A stretch of DNA of 64,000 bases. Source: Geopsychrobacteraceae bacterium. Its GTDB lineage: Bacteria; Desulfobacterota; Desulfuromonadia; Desulfuromonadales; Geopsychrobacteraceae. Position 1 is the first letter of the stretch. Each line of letters begins with the position of its first letter. The notes below the pieces were generated by a model. It made no database searches. It was not told the origin of the DNA and was given only the letters and a program-made list of their open reading frames with translations. The translations under genes were made by a program, and so were the position numbers. Location of the stretch: the NCBI GenBank assembly GCA_963676795.2, contig CAXXTB010000002.1, positions 2,176,001 through 2,240,000 on the forward strand, written 5' to 3'. Shown here piece after piece: positions 61,304-64,000 of this stretch.

Positions 61304-62137
61304 CTAGGGGATATCAAGATATCCGGTGCTGAGCAGAATGACCTCTATTTCTTCGACTATTTCTTCCTGGCGTAACAGCCTGAAACGCCGCATTAATGCT
61401 TCAAGTTCATCATCCAGATATTTGACGGCGGCTTCAAGATGGCTCATCCGCTGATAATTCTCAGCCATGAGCGCCATAAAAAGCACTTCAGACAGAGCAC
61501 TAAACAGATATTCCTGAGAAAGTGCGAGAAAAAAATCTTCGGGGGAAAGGTATAGCCGTGGCGCACAGCGGTTATCCGCCGAACTGCGTTGCAGAGTTGA
61601 AAAGGGGGGCAATATTTTCCGGGTCAAAATCCCCTCTCGGCCGTGATGATAGATCGCGTAGAGATTGAAGGTGGGAAAACGCCGATACAGCGAAGCGAGG
61701 GAGGCTACGATCTCGCTAAGGACAGTGTTGACCTCCTCAACAACACTGGCACCTGTAATCCAGGTCGCGGAGCGTCCGGCTGCTTCAAGCAGCTGCCGGA
61801 GTTTTTGTCCGACTGCCAGCAGACTTGCCGCCGCGAAAGTTCCGTTCATTTCCAGCTGCTTCACCAGTTGCTGATTGAGTCCGCCGCAAAAGCCCCGTTC
61901 GCTGCCGACCAGCAGATAAACGTCATGGCTGAGCGTACCGGGCTCCAGGCTCAGGGGGAAAAAATTGAAAAAATCAGCAGCGACAGCTTCAAGGCTCTCG
62001 CGCATGGCGTGCTGAACCCCGACAACTCCGCTCAGTTTTTTCATTTCCAGATAGGCCAGGCTCTTCATGGAATTCATGATCTCGCGCACTTCCTGCATAC
62101 TGCGCCGCTCGCGTTCCAGCTCCTCATGTTTGCTCAT
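61304..62137 (-). CDS. atpG: N-type (alternative) ATP synthase gamma subunit
   Basis: [37 protein letters not shown]. Confidence 0.88.
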   Translation of the reverse strand: MSKHEELERERRSMQEVREIMNSMKSLAYLEMKKLSGVVGVQHAMRESLEAVAADFFNFFPLSLEPGTLSHDVYLLVGSERGFCGGLNQQLVKQLEMNGTFAAASLLAVGQKLRQLLEAAGRSATWITGASVVEEVNTVLSEIVASLASLYRRFPTFNLYAIYHHGREGILTRKILPPFSTLQRSSADNRCAPRLYLSPEDFFLALSQEYLFSALSEVLFMALMAENYQRMSHLEAAVKYLDDELEALMRRFRLLRQEEIVEEIEVILLSTGYLDIP

Positions 62138-63626
62138 CGCTCACCCGTTCTGTCTCAATCTGCAACCAGGTCCTGACAGCCTCATTCCAGTCTGCCCGCG
62201 GGCTATCCAGTGTCAGTTCGGTCGTCGCAGCATTTTCCTGCAATTGCACCAGTGACAATCTGATACGCTGCGGATCCTCCTCATTCAACAGGCCATCGTT
62301 GAAGGCAACCAGCCAGGCCAGCTGGAACCGTTCAGGAAGAGGCATCAGCCGATCCTGCTTCAACACTTCGCGCAGGATCCGCCCACGCCGTATCGCCTGC
62401 TCCATGGTGGCCTCCAGCCTGGCTCCGAAACTGGCAAATATCTCAAGTTCGAGAAACTGCAGGAAATCGAGTTTCATCCGGCCGGCCTCTTCCTTGATCC
62501 GCGGATGCTGGGCCTTGCCACCGATCCGCGAGACCGAAAGAGCGATATCGATCGCCGGCCTGAAGCCGGAGTTAAACAGTTCCCTATCGAAATAAATCTG
62601 TCCGTCAGTGATGGAAATGAGATTGGTCGGGATATATGAGGAAATTTCTCCCTGCTGCGTCTCGATAATCGGCAGAGCGGTCATACTCCCCCCACCATGA
62701 GCTGAACTCAGGCAGGTCGCGCGTTCCAGCAGGCGGGCATGAATGGAAAAGATATCTCCTGGATAGGCCTCCCGGCCGGGAGGCCTGCGCAGCAGAAGCG
62801 ACAGTTCACGATAATTTCTGGCATGTGTCGTCAGATCGTCGTAAACGACAAGGGTGTCATGCCCCTGCTCCATCCAGTACTCCGCGACGGCACAGCCGGC
62901 AAAAGGAGCCAGATGCAGTAAGCCAGGCAGACTGCTCGATTCGGCAACAACGATCGTCGTATAATCGAGAGCCTGATATTCTTTTAAAAGTGCCAGGGTA
63001 CTGACAACAGAAGAGCGTTTCTGGCCGATCAGGACATAGATACAGAACACATCACGACCACGCTGATTGATAATCGTATCGATGGCAAGCGAACTGCGTC
63101 CCAGCCCATCATCCCCGACCAGCAACTGGCGCTGCCCCTTGCCGATCGGGATAAGGGTGTCGACAATTTTGATCCCAGAGTAGAGCGGATCATGGACAAA
63201 ATCACGCATGGCGATCGGCGGTGAATTTTGTTCCAACGAATGCCAGGTATGCAGCTTCAGAGGTTCTCCGCCATCAAGAGCTTCACCAAGCGGTGAGACA
63301 ACCCGGCCAAGCAGCTCATCGCCGACAGGAATCCCCAGTCGCAGCCCGGCAAGACGGGCGGCAATCCCGGCCGTCAGTTCTGGCATTTCCTTGAGCAGAA
63401 TCGCCCCGATCCGATCCTTCGCCAGATCGAAAACCAGTGCCCGGCTGCCATCTTCGAAATCAATGATATCGTCCATAGCCGCCGATGGCAGGCCGGAGAT
63501 CCAGACAATCCCGTCACCGACCGACAGCAGCCGCCCTCTTTCCGCAATCCGCACTTTGGGCTGATAACTTTCCAGCCAGACTGCGAGGTCCGCAAGCGGT
63601 TCGCGGTCACTGCTAAGATCGATCAT
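62124..63626 (-). CDS. atpA: N-type (alternative) ATP synthase alpha subunit
   Basis: [56 protein letters not shown]. Start set at ATG 63626. Confidence 0.92.
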   Translation of the reverse strand: MIDLSSDREPLADLAVWLESYQPKVRIAERGRLLSVGDGIVWISGLPSAAMDDIIDFEDGSRALVFDLAKDRIGAILLKEMPELTAGIAARLAGLRLGIPVGDELLGRVVSPLGEALDGGEPLKLHTWHSLEQNSPPIAMRDFVHDPLYSGIKIVDTLIPIGKGQRQLLVGDDGLGRSSLAIDTIINQRGRDVFCIYVLIGQKRSSVVSTLALLKEYQALDYTTIVVAESSSLPGLLHLAPFAGCAVAEYWMEQGHDTLVVYDDLTTHARNYRELSLLLRRPPGREAYPGDIFSIHARLLERATCLSSAHGGGSMTALPIIETQQGEISSYIPTNLISITDGQIYFDRELFNSGFRPAIDIALSVSRIGGKAQHPRIKEEAGRMKLDFLQFLELEIFASFGARLEATMEQAIRRGRILREVLKQDRLMPLPERFQLAWLVAFNDGLLNEEDPQRIRLSLVQLQENAATTELTLDSPRADWNEAVRTWLQIETERVSDEQT

Positions 63627-64000
63627 GGGCAAGCTCCGCAAACAGTGACAGTTCTTCGGCGACATTGGCCTGCAGTACCAGGGATCCGCAGGCAATCCTG
63701 GCCCCGGCTATGAGCGCAGCATCCTGCGCGTAGTCAAATGTCAGCTCCTGAGCAGCCCGTTCGTTGAACAGCTGTTCAAGCCTGCGCTTTTGCTCGTCTG
63801 ACAGCGGATAGGCGGAAATCACTTCAACGGGCCCGGAAATGGCTCCCCATTGAGTTTTTAACTGCTCGATTTCTTCGCCGGACATTGCCCGGACCTCCTC
63901 CACCAGCATATCAATCAGGCGTTCTTCCACTTCAGGGCCGGCAACCGCGGCCAGCAACCTGGCGGTAAAACAGGCGGCATTTTTCAGGGCCAGGGATTCG
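63613..64000 (-). CDS. atpF: N-ATPase b/delta-like subunit, C-terminal part (truncated by window edge)
   Basis: [17 protein letters not shown] delta-like C-terminus; overlaps atpA in atpF-atpA-atpG order. Confidence 0.72.
   Translation of the reverse strand, partial: ESLALKNAACFTARLLAAVAGPEVEERLIDMLVEEVRAMSGEEIEQLKTQWGAISGPVEVISAYPLSDEQKRRLEQLFNERAAQELTFDYAQDAALIAGARIACGSLVLQANVAEELSLFAELAHDRS

Overview
This is a 64 kb chromosomal window from a GC-rich anaerobic bacterium. Gene content and style (PilA-like segment, DUF3365 heme-sensor kinase, CheX, sigma54/IHF promoter) suggest Desulfuromonadales/Desulfobacterota, which is an inference. The core genes dnaB (left) and rpsF-rpsR-DUF2232-rplI (right), all on the minus strand, bracket about 55 kb of accessory genes, and no integrase, transposase, tRNA, rRNA or CRISPR array is visible. 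The main modules are: (1) an AraC/MarR-controlled TRAP transporter with two paralogous cytoplasmic Mo/W-bis-PGD enzymes, each with its own Fe-S subunit, plus a flavoprotein; (2) a pyrogallol-transhydroxylase-like alpha/beta pair; (3) unusual signalling proteins, namely a REC-(NrtA/CmpA-like binding domain)-CheW fusion, an MCP with an 8-Cys insert in its HAMP region, a NarX/PilJ-sensor diguanylate cyclase, and a zinc-ribbon/TM2/PilA-like fusion; (4) a glyoxylate shunt with a long ICL2-type isocitrate lyase; (5) a permease-less, signal-peptide-less cluster of SBP, HypB-like GTPase, ABC ATPase and a Cys-rich small protein behind an FNR-like box; (6) the 3' end of an N-type ATPase operon. All family calls come from reading motifs by eye, and no database searches were run.
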